This document shows positions 1 to 10,892 of a stretch of DNA of 64,000 bases, piece after piece (position 1 is the first letter of the stretch; each line of letters starts with the position of its first letter). The notes beneath the pieces were generated by a model. That model saw nothing but the letters and a program-made list of their open reading frames with translations, ran no database searches and was not told where the DNA came from. Origin of the DNA: Tubulanus polymorphus (taxonomy: Eukaryota; Animalia; Nemertea); assembly GCF_964204645.1 (NCBI RefSeq), contig NC_134029.1, forward strand, positions 10,876,850 to 10,940,849, in the 5' to 3' direction. The translations under genes were made by a program, and so were the position numbers.

Positions 1-795
1 ATTTTGAGTGGTGAAACGTTATCAAATGGCCTCCAAGTATACATAGACATATTTAGAAAATATAGGATGTTTTGAACAGTTTAAAAGAGATTTCATCGAA
101 ATCCTTTGGATATTTGAGGAGTTACAGCAGTTTTAAATCGAAGTGTCTGTATAGGAGTTTCCACCCTTTTTCTTTTTATATATATAGTACCAGGGATACT
201 GGATGATCTAAGCTACAGTTCACCCCCAAACTTATGATACGAGCCCCTGTGGCTAATATAACAAAATTAATGAAAACTGATTGGCAGTGGATAAAGATCT
301 TCCATTTGTCTTACATTCAAATATCACAGCGAAATAAGTAACGTATAAATGAAACAAACAGTGAACGATCACTGTCACTCAAGTAAGTTGTTGACAGTCT
401 GCAAACATGTAAAAGGTACCGACTGTCCATGATTATGGTTATAGAAACAATGCATTGACAAGTAGCACTGGCACAAATGGTAAAATTACAAATATGGTTA
501 ATGCCCAGTAATTAAATGGTATATATGCATATTTATTGTGTAGACCACAACTAATTTAGAAAATAAAATACAGTAGAGTCTGGTAGAGATAGAGTCTATC
601 CACTCAGAAAAAGTTCGACTCGAGCTAGGTCTACTGTAGTAACAAATACCTGGTAATATATCACTTCGGATCCACTAAAAATATAGCAGTCAAAATCAAA
701 CTGACAACTATAAAACTGGGCCGTATAAATCGAAGTTATATATATGGTACATTAGTTTTAATATCAGGATCATCAACCGCTAACATTGCATCGTT

Positions 796-1394
796 AGTAA
801 TAGGGGTTTAGTAGTTTCATACCAAAGGTCGAAAGGTCGAGCCCATTAAAAAACAAAATATTAAAAGTAATTAAAAAACTATAATATATTTTCATAACCG
901 CGTGCATTTTATATCAAAACTAAATATTTATTCTAAGATATCAATAATATAAAAAGCATATTGTATTAAATCAATTGGTCGCTCCACTTCGCTACCGCTC
1001 CGCTCCGCGACCAATTGATTTAATTACAATACACAAATTCAAATAATCAAATATATTCAAATGATAATAATTCTATTATTCAACTGAAATGCACGCGGTT
1101 ATGAAAATATATTATAGTTTTTTAATTACTTTTAATATATGTTATTAATGAACTCGATCATTAAACCTTTGGTATGAAACAACTAAACCCCTATTACTCT
1201 TAAAATATTCATATATATATGAATAACATTTAAATCATTGAACTTCTAAAATCAATTTTAATAAAAAATATAGTATTAAAATGGAAGCAAATAAGTACTA
1301 CTGCCCAACATGTAATATCGATATAGATAAATCCCAAAAAGCAAGACACAATAAAACTAGAACACATTTAGAGAATAAATTGAAACTAGAATAT
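796..1394 (+). repeat. Left TIR (599 bp); 796-1198 is itself an imperfect palindrome; TIR includes the first 38 codons of polB
   Basis: Reverse complement of 19185-19794; by eye only 2 substitutions (813, 1199) and an 11-bp indel. Confidence 0.95.
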
Positions 1395-4300
1395 AAAGAT
1401 GATATATTAGAAAATAAATTAGAAGAATTAAAGGATGAAAAAGAAACATACAAATGTGATACATGTAATCAATCATTCAGTGATAAAAGATATTATAAAG
1501 AACATTTAAAATCTATAAGTCATATTAGAAATAAGAATAATGATATTTTAGGTGAAGATTATTTTGATAATGATAACGATAAGAAACAGAAGACAATTAA
1601 AAGAATAAAAAATAAATTAAACAATAAAAGACCATACATGGAAGATGTAAGAAGTTATATTAATTCATTAGATAATAAAAAAGATATAGAGATAACCGAA
1701 GCATTTAAAAGTGATATTGGTCCAGCAGCTATTGAGTTTAAATTTCATAAAGGAAAAACAATAGAAGAAAATAAAAAACATTTAGAAAATATGAAAGAAA
1801 TAATAAAAATAATTACAAACGTAGAATATCCTAAAATAAGTATATCTTCTAAAGTAAAGTTTATAAAATCTGAAGATAAACCAATATATAATATAAATTC
1901 TCATTCACAACATATTATTTCTAAACAACATATAGATGATAAATTAGATAAATGTTATAATGAAGTAAAAACTAAAATAGAAGAGAAATATTTTGAAGGA
2001 TCTGGTTTAATATTTGATGAGATAATATTTATAACTTTACATGTTTATAACACAAAATATAATAAGTTAACTAAATCAAAACCAATTGATGAAAATAATT
2101 TATCATATTATAAAGATGATAGTATAAATGGAACAAGTTATATTAAACTACCATTTAAAACTAATGGTGTAATAAATATACAAAATTTTGATAATAAATG
2201 TTTTCTATGGGCTATAATAAGTTGTTTACATCCAACAGAAGATATTACACATAGTTTTAGATTAACTCATTATAAACCATTTGAAAATAATTATAAGATA
2301 GATAAGTATCCTGTTAGAATTAAAAACATCCCAAAAATAGAAAGAGATAATAATATAAAGATAAATGTATTTGATTTAATTAAATTACCAAATACAAAAG
2401 GAAATAATATTAAACATTATACATTAGAACCTTTATACCTATCAAAAGATTATGATTCAAATGATGTTATAGATATACTATATTATGAGAATCATTACAT
2501 GTGGATTAAACAAATCGATTTATTTTTTAAATCAGAAAATGATTTTGATAATAAAATATATCTATGTAGAAAATGTTTACATAAATTCAGAACTGAAGGT
2601 GCATTATTAAATCATAAACAACTATGTGATAATCATGATTATTGTAAATTAGTTTTACCAAATGAAAAGGATAAAATATTAGAATTCAAAAAATATGATT
2701 ACAAAAATAAAGTACCATTTGTAATATATGGAGATTTTGAATCATTAAATAAAGAATTAACAGATAAAGATAGAAAAGATATATATTATAAAAGAAAGAA
2801 ATTAAATTCTAATGAAAGTGATTTTTCAGATGAACCACCAAAAACAAATACTATTAAAAAGATTCATCAATCAGCTGCAGCTTTCGGGTTATATATTAAA
2901 TCTAATTATCCAGAACTAATCGAAAGTGAATATTATAATTATAGAAATGAAAATGTTATCAATCATTTTTGTGACTTATTAATTGAATATGAAATAAGAT
3001 TTAGAAAATTATTGAATACAAATAAAGAAATAATTATGACAGAAGAAGATAAAGAAGAATTTGAGTTTTCAGATAAATGTTATTATTGTGAAAAGATATT
3101 TAATTATAAAGATAAAAAAGTAAGAGACCATGATCATTTGAATGGAAAGTTTAGAGGCGCTGCACATGAGAATTGTAACTTACAAGCTAAGAAAATTAAC
3201 TTTGTACCAGTTATATTTCATAATCTATCAGGATATGATGCACATTTATTTATCAAACAGCTATGTTATAAAATAGAAGAAATCAATAATGAAATAGAAA
3301 TATTAAATTCAAATAGATCAAAAGATAAAATACCAACTTATAAATTTAGAATGTTAGCTAAAACATCTGAGAATTATATATCATTCCAATTTGGTTGTCT
3401 AAGATTTATAGATTCATATAGATTTTTAAGTAGTTCATTAGACAATCTATCAAAATCATTAGTTGATGATGAATTAAAAATATTAAAACAACACTACCCA
3501 AATAATGATGATTTTAAATTAATGAGATATAAAGGAGCAATTCCATATTCATTTTATAAGAATCATAATGATTTTAACATAACTGAATTATTGAAAGAAC
3601 AATTCTATGATGAATTAAAAAATGAATATGTTAAAGATGAAGTCTATAATAGAACATTGAATATTTGGAATCATTTCGAAATTAAAAATCATGGACAATT
3701 AGTAGATTTATATTTAAAATCAGATGTATTATTATTAACCGATATATTCGAAAGGTTTAGAGATGTAAACCTAAAATATTTCAATATTGATCCTTGTCAT
3801 TGTTATTCTAGTCCAGGTTTAACATGGGATTGTGGATTAAAATTTACAGATATAAAAATGGATTTGTTAACAAATATAGATCAATTACTATTATTTGAAA
3901 AATCTATAAGAGGAGGAGTTTCAGGTGTATTAGGTGATAGAATGTAAATGATAATCCTGGATATAAGTTATTATACATAGATGCAAATAATTTGTATGGT
4001 TGGGCAATGATGGAACCACAACCATATGGAGTATTTGAAATAAGTGAAGTTTTACAGAATGAAAATAATGATAAATTTGATTGGAAGAAAAGAATCCTAG
4101 ATATTGCAGATGATTCAGATACTGGTTACTTATTTGTTGTAGATTTAGAATACCCTGAAAATATTAAATTCAAATCTAGAAATCTAGCATATTGTCCCGA
4201 ACATAAAACTGTTAAACATGAAGAATTATCAAATTATCAAAAAAGAATTAAACCCGATAATCATATTCATACTGAAAAGTTAATGGTAACTCAAGAAGAT

Positions 4301-5314
4301 GAATATAATTACGTTGTGCATTATAGAATGTTGAAGTTTTATTTGAATCAAGGAATGATTCTAAAAAAAGTACATAGATATATTTCATTCAGTCAATCTA
4401 AATGGTTAGAAAAATATATAGATTTTAATACTACACAGAGAACTAAATCTAAAACTGATTTTGAAAAAGATTTCTTCAAACTAATGAATAATGCATTCTA
4501 TGGTAAGACTTGTGAAAACATAAGAAATAGAAATGATATTGAGTTAGTTAGTAATGGTAAAAGAATTAGACATTTACAATCATATCCTAAGTTCATTGGT
4601 AACAGAATATTTGATAAAAATTTAGCTGCAGTTAAAATGAGGAGAACTTCTATGAAGTTCAATAAACCTATTTATGTTGGTGCATCGGTTTTAGAATTAT
4701 CAAAGTTATTAATGTATAAATTTTACTATAACATATTACAACCCCATTTTGGAGAAAAACACATAGAAATTCTATACTTTGATACCGACAGTTACATATT
4801 AAAGATAAAAACTGATAACATAACAGATGATTTAAAAACATTAAAACACCATTTTGATTTTAGTAACTATCCAAAAAATCATGAATTGTTTAGCAATGAT
4901 AATAAAAAAGTTCCCGGTAAATTCAAAGATGAATTAGGTGGTGAAGAAATGATAGAGTTCATTGGTATTAGATCTAAAATGTATTCATATAAAACTAAAA
5001 CTCATGAAGCTAAAAAGTTAAAAGGAATTACCAAAAGCGTTGTTGAAAAGAATATTCATTTTAAAGATTACATCAATTGTATATTTAATGAAGAAGTTAG
5101 AAAACATAAGATGAAATGTTTAAGATCTGAAGATCATGAAATGTATATTGAAGAGATAGAGAAGATAAGTCTAAACCCATTTGATGATAAAAGATATATA
5201 TTAGATGATGGTATACACACAGTCGCCTATGGTTGCAATTTAGATGAATATATAAAATTCAAAAGAGAAGAAACAAAAGAAAATGAGATTATGAAAAGGA
5301 TTCTAGCGTGTTAA
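1281..5314 (+). pseudogene. polB: Protein-primed family B DNA polymerase, split by a 1-nt deletion at ~3942
   Basis: ExoI YGDFES, ExoII FHNLSGYDAH, ExoIII YLKSDVLLL in 1281..3947; restoring one base (AGA[T]ATGTAAAT) gives ..GDRYVNDNPGYKLLYIDANNLYGWAM (motif A), then KLMNNAFYGK (B) and YFDTDS (C) in 3992..5314; N-terminal C2H2-like fingers; EndoVII-like CYYC..RDHDH..HENCN insert. Confidence 0.95.
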
Positions 5315-5342
5315 TCAATTTCAATAAAAATTTGTATAATAA

Positions 5343-5684
5343 ATGGAGAGTAAACAAGTACACAGTGAATTCTTAGATAGAATTAAAGATACTTCAAGCG
5401 TCAAATCTGTAGATTATAAATTTAAAAAACTAACTGAGTTAACAATTCACAAGAAATATCTAATTACTAACATTGAAACAATTACTAATAAATATGGAGA
5501 TAAATTAGTAATTCATTTAGAATATGAAGGATTAAAAGGAAATTCATATAAATTCAGAACATATTTACCAGATAGATTTCATAGATTATCAAGTGAAGAT
5601 CTAGAAGAATTATGTTCTGGAGATTTCTATTTCGTATATAAAGGTAAGAATGAAAAAGGGCACCATGAAATAGATTTCGAATAA
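5343..5684 (+). CDS. Small Polinton protein, possibly an OB-fold ssDNA-binding protein
   Basis: 113 aa directly after polB; beta-rich TNKYGDKLVIHL..TYLPDRF pattern; a homologue lies at 39851-40168. SSB function is inference. Confidence 0.55.
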   Translation: MESKQVHSEFLDRIKDTSSVKSVDYKFKKLTELTIHKKYLITNIETITNKYGDKLVIHLEYEGLKGNSYKFRTYLPDRFHRLSSEDLEELCSGDFYFVYKGKNEKGHHEIDFE

Positions 5685-5701
5685 GAAAATATGTAAAATA
5701 A

Positions 5702-6463
5702 ATGGTAGAATTAAAAGAATATAGAATATTTGTTGATTCTAGAAAACTTACAAATTATAAATCTCATAATTTACTAGTACAATTAGATAGAGAATTCAAG
5801 AATTGTGTAGATTTAAAATTAGTTAATATAAGTTTATGTAATTCTTTTTACAATGTATCGGATAAGTCTATTGAACATAGAGTCTTTTTAATTAATATTA
5901 GAAATAAAAATGAATGGGTCTACATATATTTAAAACCAGGGTTATATAATTTAGATACATTAGCACAAGAAATTAATAGAAAAGCCTGGCACAAATTAGG
6001 TAGTAGTTCTGGGTTTAGTATTAGATTTTTAAAAAGTGAGAGTTCTGATAGAATAAAGATAAGGTTGTCTAATAGTGAAAAACATAAAATTATGGTAAAA
6101 AAACCTATAGCTAAACTGTTAGGAATTCTTCCAGATAGATCTTTTACAAATATTGACGCTACTACACCAAACTTAATACCTTACACACATTTTTATATTT
6201 ATTGCAATTTAATCGATCCTACAAAAACATTCGAAGCAACTAAAGATATAACTTGTAATTCTGGTTTACTAAACATTTTACCATTGAAGAATGTTAAAGA
6301 ATTTGGAACGCAAATAAATTATAATTTAACAGAATGTGATTTCAAACCATGCATTCCTAGTTTTAATAATTTTAGATTAGAAATTAGAAATCATAATGGA
6401 TACTTAATTGATTTAAATAATTTCCCTGTAATTTATGAATTAGTTATAAGATGTAAAGAGTAA
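5702..6463 (+). CDS. Minor capsid protein (penton, single jelly-roll)
   Basis: 253 aa; IFVDSR N-terminus, KPGLYN, LLG, FYIYCNLI and C-terminal LEIRNHNGYLIDLNNFP resemble Polinton/virophage pentons. Confidence 0.75.
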   Translation: MVELKEYRIFVDSRKLTNYKSHNLLVQLDREFKNCVDLKLVNISLCNSFYNVSDKSIEHRVFLINIRNKNEWVYIYLKPGLYNLDTLAQEINRKAWHKLGSSSGFSIRFLKSESSDRIKIRLSNSEKHKIMVKKPIAKLLGILPDRSFTNIDATTPNLIPYTHFYIYCNLIDPTKTFEATKDITCNSGLLNILPLKNVKEFGTQINYNLTECDFKPCIPSFNNFRLEIRNHNGYLIDLNNFPVIYELVIRCKE

Positions 6464-6479
6464 TTTTTTCATTATATAA

Positions 6480-6821
6480 ATGAATATAACTGTTGGACCG
6501 AGTATATGTTTTGGGTTTGATTTTAAACATGGTAAAGAAATGAGAATTAAACTAAATGATGTAATTACTGATATAAAAAGTAAATCATTTAACAATGCGT
6601 CAATGATTGATAAAGAAAAGTATAATATAGAAAAAGTAATTGATTTAATTAAATCACCTTTAGAATATTATGAATTAAATGAAGATGGAATTATTGAAGA
6701 TATCAAAAACATATTAACCAAAATATATGATAATCATAAAACTAGTAATGAAATAAATGTTGAATTAATCATAAATAAGTTAACTAAATATTTTGATGAT
6801 AGTAATTTTTTTGATAAATAA
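6480..6821 (+). CDS. Hypothetical Polinton protein (113 aa)
   Basis: ORF in tightly packed co-directional array with T-tract/TAAATG start. Confidence 0.7.
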   Translation: MNITVGPSICFGFDFKHGKEMRIKLNDVITDIKSKSFNNASMIDKEKYNIEKVIDLIKSPLEYYELNEDGIIEDIKNILTKIYDNHKTSNEINVELIINKLTKYFDDSNFFDK

Positions 6822-7043
6822 ATGAGTGATAATAAGTGGATAATAACTGGATTATATAATGGTGCCTTACTATCAGTTGGAACGGTTGGTTATTCAATGG
6901 TATTAAAAAAAGTATTCAAAATGGGAAGTGTTAATGTTGATAGATTTGATATAAATGATATTTTAAAGTTAACATTAGCAGTTACTTTATCTAATTTAAC
7001 TATTGATTATTTGGAAAAACAAAAATATATTCCTCCCATATAA
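6822..7043 (+). CDS. Small membrane protein (73 aa, two hydrophobic segments)
   Basis: GLYNGALLSVGTVGYSMVL and ILKLTLAVTLSNLTI; the TAAATG start reuses the upstream stop codon. Confidence 0.75.
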   Translation: MSDNKWIITGLYNGALLSVGTVGYSMVLKKVFKMGSVNVDRFDINDILKLTLAVTLSNLTIDYLEKQKYIPPI

Positions 7044-7067
7044 ATGCATAATTTTTTTGTTAAATAA

Positions 7068-7490
7068 ATGGCTTCTGCAATTATAACTATTATAGGATCG
7101 GCAATTGTTAACGCTTTAGCATTTACAGGTGGTGGTTATTTATTTAAACATATTGATAAAAATAGTTCATTAGGAGAACAAAGAAGACATAACTTAGCGT
7201 TAGAGAAATACAATAAAGCTGCAGAAGAATATAGAGAAAAGAGGCAAAACTATATGGATTACATCAATAAAGAATTATATGATCAGAAGATTTCACATAG
7301 AGATTTTCAATCAGTTGATGATGCAATGAGTTTATATAACGCAGTAACAAATAAAGAAAAATTACATCTATACAAACCTAAATTATCAGATTATTATACC
7401 CCAAGTAAAGAACAACAGAAATATGAAATAATATGGATTTTAGGTGGAACAGTTATTGTTATATTTGTTGCTTATAAGTTTACTAATTAG
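7068..7490 (+). CDS. Membrane protein with N- and C-terminal hydrophobic helices and a central coiled coil (140 aa)
   Basis: MASAIITIIGSAIVNALAFTGGGYLF and IIWILGGTVIVIFVAY; close copy at 31229-31588. Confidence 0.85.
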   Translation: MASAIITIIGSAIVNALAFTGGGYLFKHIDKNSSLGEQRRHNLALEKYNKAAEEYREKRQNYMDYINKELYDQKISHRDFQSVDDAMSLYNAVTNKEKLHLYKPKLSDYYTPSKEQQKYEIIWILGGTVIVIFVAYKFTN

Positions 7491-7509
7491 TAATTTTTAT
7501 TCTAAATAA

Positions 7510-7815
7510 ATGGAAGATAAAGTTGATAGTATTGATATTATTCCTCATGATATAAATAAAACTAAATTAAAAACATATTTAGAAAAACAAATATTAGAAT
7601 TTGAAAGTGACTTAAAGATAAAAAAGAAAAAATATTTAAAAAGTAAAATTATATATTATTTGATTATAAGTGGTTCGGTTACAATTAGTTCTGTAATAAC
7701 ATTTCTAGCAATATTCAGTCCATTAACACCTTTAGCTATATCAATTGGTGTATTAGGATTAAGTTCAAGTGTTTATAATTATATAAATGGGGTTTCCAAA
7801 AGCTTTCCAATATAA
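7510..7815 (+). CDS. Two-TM membrane protein, probably C-terminally truncated by a deletion
   Basis: Hydrophobic hairpin IIYYLII..LAIFSPLTPLAISIGVLGL; the homologue at 31608-32050 carries ~165 extra nt after TCAAGTGT. Confidence 0.7.
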   Translation: MEDKVDSIDIIPHDINKTKLKTYLEKQILEFESDLKIKKKKYLKSKIIYYLIISGSVTISSVITFLAIFSPLTPLAISIGVLGLSSSVYNYINGVSKSFPI

Positions 7816-9088
7816 TAAATCAATTAAATATAATATTCCGGCAATAGATTTTAAGAAAAATATTACATATAAAAATGTAGTTTTAAATTCATTAACTAAT
7901 TTAGAAATTTATGTTACTGAATCACAGTTTTTTATTTCTAAAATGGAAAATATATTTAATACATATGAAGTTACTTTTACTCGAGATGAATATCATAAAT
8001 ATAAAGTAAAATCTAATATGAAGTATTGGCAGAATCAATTAAATTTTGCTGTTTATTGTGCAACAACAGGTTGTGGAATTAGTTGGAATGATCATTTAAA
8101 TAACTTAGATAAAAATTTGAAGTATTCTGATTTAAAATTAATTCACACAATATTTAGATTTCACACATATTTTCAAATCAGAATAATATTAAATGAATTA
8201 GAATGTCCTTTACCCGGGTCTAAATATTTTAAAGAATTGGATAATAATATTAATATATCCAAGTTTTATAAAATATGTAATGAATTTAATATAAATATTA
8301 ATTCCGATTTCAGAGCGCATGGTAAATTGCAAGGTATTGGTGAACAGTATGAAATAAAAAGAATTGATTATATGCATAGAATTGGAGCTTATCATAATTA
8401 TAAAATTGATAATAATAATGGTTGGGTTAATTTCATTTTAGAAAATGGTGAAGGTTTTACAAAATCAGGCATACAAAGAATAAATAAATCTATTAGAACT
8501 TATTTGATTTGCATACTAGGCGCTCAAGTTGAAACAAGATCCCCAATAATTGGAAATGATAACACTTCATTCGATGCGCAGAAACAGTTTAAAGTTTTAT
8601 TTGAAGATTCAATTCATAATGATAAAAATAGATCGATTCCAGAAAACATTATAAGATATCAAAATTATTTAGATAAATCTCATGTAAGACTTAATTATTG
8701 TATAGGCCCTAATCTATTAATTATTTCTAATGATTTAGTATTGAAGATGGGAAATATAATTGGTTATAATAATCTAATTAAAACTGCAACAATAAATAAT
8801 TCATTTGGATTGAATGATATAAATAAAAAGATTATTACTGCTCCAAAATTAATGGAGGGTGAAAAAAATAAAAAACACATTCAATCAACAGAAACTAAAA
8901 CTAAGAATATTAAATTGGTTAATGATTCCAAAATAAAAGATTACAATACATCAGAAAATAATAGAACTGATAAAATTCAACATGATATAATTAAACAAAA
9001 TGATGATAATAAATCCCATGAAAATACTAAATTAGCTATAACTTGTATAGGAATTGTAATCGGAGGAATATTATATTTTAAATTTTAA
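7787..9088 (+). CDS. Polinton protein with C-terminal TM anchor (433 aa)
   Basis: WQNQLNFAVYCATTGCG motif conserved in element B; C-terminal LAITCIGIVIGGILYF. Confidence 0.85.
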   Translation: MGFPKAFQYNKSIKYNIPAIDFKKNITYKNVVLNSLTNLEIYVTESQFFISKMENIFNTYEVTFTRDEYHKYKVKSNMKYWQNQLNFAVYCATTGCGISWNDHLNNLDKNLKYSDLKLIHTIFRFHTYFQIRIILNELECPLPGSKYFKELDNNINISKFYKICNEFNININSDFRAHGKLQGIGEQYEIKRIDYMHRIGAYHNYKIDNNNGWVNFILENGEGFTKSGIQRINKSIRTYLICILGAQVETRSPIIGNDNTSFDAQKQFKVLFEDSIHNDKNRSIPENIIRYQNYLDKSHVRLNYCIGPNLLIISNDLVLKMGNIIGYNNLIKTATINNSFGLNDINKKIITAPKLMEGEKNKKHIQSTETKTKNIKLVNDSKIKDYNTSENNRTDKIQHDIIKQNDDNKSHENTKLAITCIGIVIGGILYFKF

Positions 9089-9104
9089 TTTTTTTATTAT
9101 GTAA

Positions 9105-10796
9105 ATGGATGTAGAAGGTGGAGAAGATTATGAAATGGGAGAAATGGGAAATAATAATGAAGGATATATTGATGATGATTATAATGATGCAGGTGCTAAT
9201 ATTGATAATGATGATGAATCAGCATATAATACTAATTTAGGTGAAGATGATGATTATGATGATGATTATGATGGTATTAATTCCGAATTACGTGAAAAAT
9301 TAAATAAATATTTAAAAGCTCCTGAAAGTGGTAGAATTTCAACTAGAACAGAAAGAAAAGAATTTATGAAACTATTAGTAAAACAACAAGAAAAATATCC
9401 TGATAAACCTATGGAATTATATAAAATGAAATCTAGAGTAACAGATACAATTGTTAACGAATTACTACCAATAGCTGTAATAGATGAAATTGATACTGAA
9501 GATATTGTAGAACAAATTTTTAAAGATGACCCATATTTCACAAATAATTTAGAATTTAAAAATGATGCATGGTATTATAATCTTGAATTAAATAGGAATA
9601 CTGTGTCAATTCAATTATCTAAAATGGGTCAAGAAAATATTTTTGAACCTGTAATGCGAGCAACATCTACAATTGAAGGTTCAAAAGGTGGTAGAGAATT
9701 TCTCAGAATTATATGGAATGCAATCGATAGAATAAATGAAAAAGAACCAATTCCTAATATTGATATAAACAAATATTCACCATTTAAAAATCCAAATCCA
9801 AATCCTACTGATTTTGATCCAGAAATGGAAGAGAATAGAAATCGATTAGATAGATTAAGATCTTCAACACCCGAAAAATCGAGAAGAGACACTCAACAAA
9901 TTGATAATGATTCAAGTAAATTACAATTAGAAAAACAAATTGATAGATTAAGAGATTCAGAAGAAGAAATGAATAGTACTGGAATAAATCGACTGCAATA
10001 TTTACTAGAAAAAGGATTATTTGATTTAACTGATGATGAATTAGAAGCATTTCCTGAACAAACACGTAGAGAAATTAAAGGTACGCAAGAATCAGCTGAT
10101 AAAATTGCGCATGATAAAAGTATAAGAGATTTTAAAATTAGAACTTTAGAAAAAGAATTAACTGATAAAAATAAAGAAATAGAACAATTAAAATTAGATA
10201 GAGATAATAAAGTTATTGAAGAAATTGAATTTAAAAAAAGAAATGCATATTTAGAAAAAGAAATTGATGATTTAGAATATAACATAGAATTACAAAAAGA
10301 AGAAATTAAATTATTATTAAAATCATATGATTATAATATTAATAGATTAAAAGTTATTTTTAAAGATTTATTGATTAAACCAAATTCTGAAATATCATTG
10401 AAAGATAGAATAAAGTTATTATTTAAATTAGAAGGAATAACAATTCTTTCAATTCTAACAGCTGTAACTATGTTATTTACAACAATTGGTTTAGCAATAT
10501 CAAATGCTTTGAAATCTACTCCTACTCCAAATAAACCAGATAAACCTCCAGGTAATAATTCTATACAAGATCAAGTAAAGGATGGTTTAAAGAAATTAGC
10601 AAAATATTTATGGGAACTATCAAAGAAATCTGCTGCAGCATTGCCAGGAGTTATTGCTTCAATTGTTGGTTTTATATTGAAATCTGCAGGAAACATTATT
10701 AACTTTGCTGCTGAACATATTATTTTATTTTTAATTACGGTTGTAAGTGCTATTATTTTTGGTTTAGTAAATATGATATCAAAAAATATCAAGTAA
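9105..10796 (+). CDS. Acidic/coiled-coil protein with several C-terminal hydrophobic helices (563 aa)
   Basis: D/E-rich N-terminus, long heptad region, GITILSILTAVTMLFTTIGLAI, ALPGVIASIVGFIL, IILFLITVVSAIIFGLV. Confidence 0.85.
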   Translation: MDVEGGEDYEMGEMGNNNEGYIDDDYNDAGANIDNDDESAYNTNLGEDDDYDDDYDGINSELREKLNKYLKAPESGRISTRTERKEFMKLLVKQQEKYPDKPMELYKMKSRVTDTIVNELLPIAVIDEIDTEDIVEQIFKDDPYFTNNLEFKNDAWYYNLELNRNTVSIQLSKMGQENIFEPVMRATSTIEGSKGGREFLRIIWNAIDRINEKEPIPNIDINKYSPFKNPNPNPTDFDPEMEENRNRLDRLRSSTPEKSRRDTQQIDNDSSKLQLEKQIDRLRDSEEEMNSTGINRLQYLLEKGLFDLTDDELEAFPEQTRREIKGTQESADKIAHDKSIRDFKIRTLEKELTDKNKEIEQLKLDRDNKVIEEIEFKKRNAYLEKEIDDLEYNIELQKEEIKLLLKSYDYNINRLKVIFKDLLIKPNSEISLKDRIKLLFKLEGITILSILTAVTMLFTTIGLAISNALKSTPTPNKPDKPPGNNSIQDQVKDGLKKLAKYLWELSKKSAAALPGVIASIVGFILKSAGNIINFAAEHIILFLITVVSAIIFGLVNMISKNIK

Positions 10797-10859
10797 ACCA
10801 TGATATCAAAAAATATCAAGTAAACCATGATATCAAAAAATATCAAGTAAACCATGATA
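10773..10859 (+). repeat. 27-bp tandem repeat x3.2 spanning the stop of the 563-aa gene
   Basis: ATGATATCAAAAAATATCAAGTAAACC at 10773, 10800 and 10827. Confidence 0.95.
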
Positions 10860-10892
10860 AAAAATAAATAATTAATTTCTTTTGTTAAATAA

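Noticed and set aside
826-840. Nuclear-receptor DR2-like element (AGGTCG-AA-AGGTCG) in the TIR
   Set aside because: The equivalent tandem in element B is GAGTACGA x2, which loses the half-site; only the 8-bp periodicity is conserved
3935-3992. Programmed ribosomal frameshift or intron joining the two polB ORFs
   Set aside because: No slippery heptamer or convincing splice pair; restoring one T gives a normal RYV..YIDANNLY sequence, so mutation or assembly error is simpler
8210-10855. Minus-strand ORFs inside Polinton genes, including the MVYLIFFDI-repeat ORF
   Set aside because: Shadow ORFs of AT-rich coding strands; the repeat ORF arises from the 27-bp triplication
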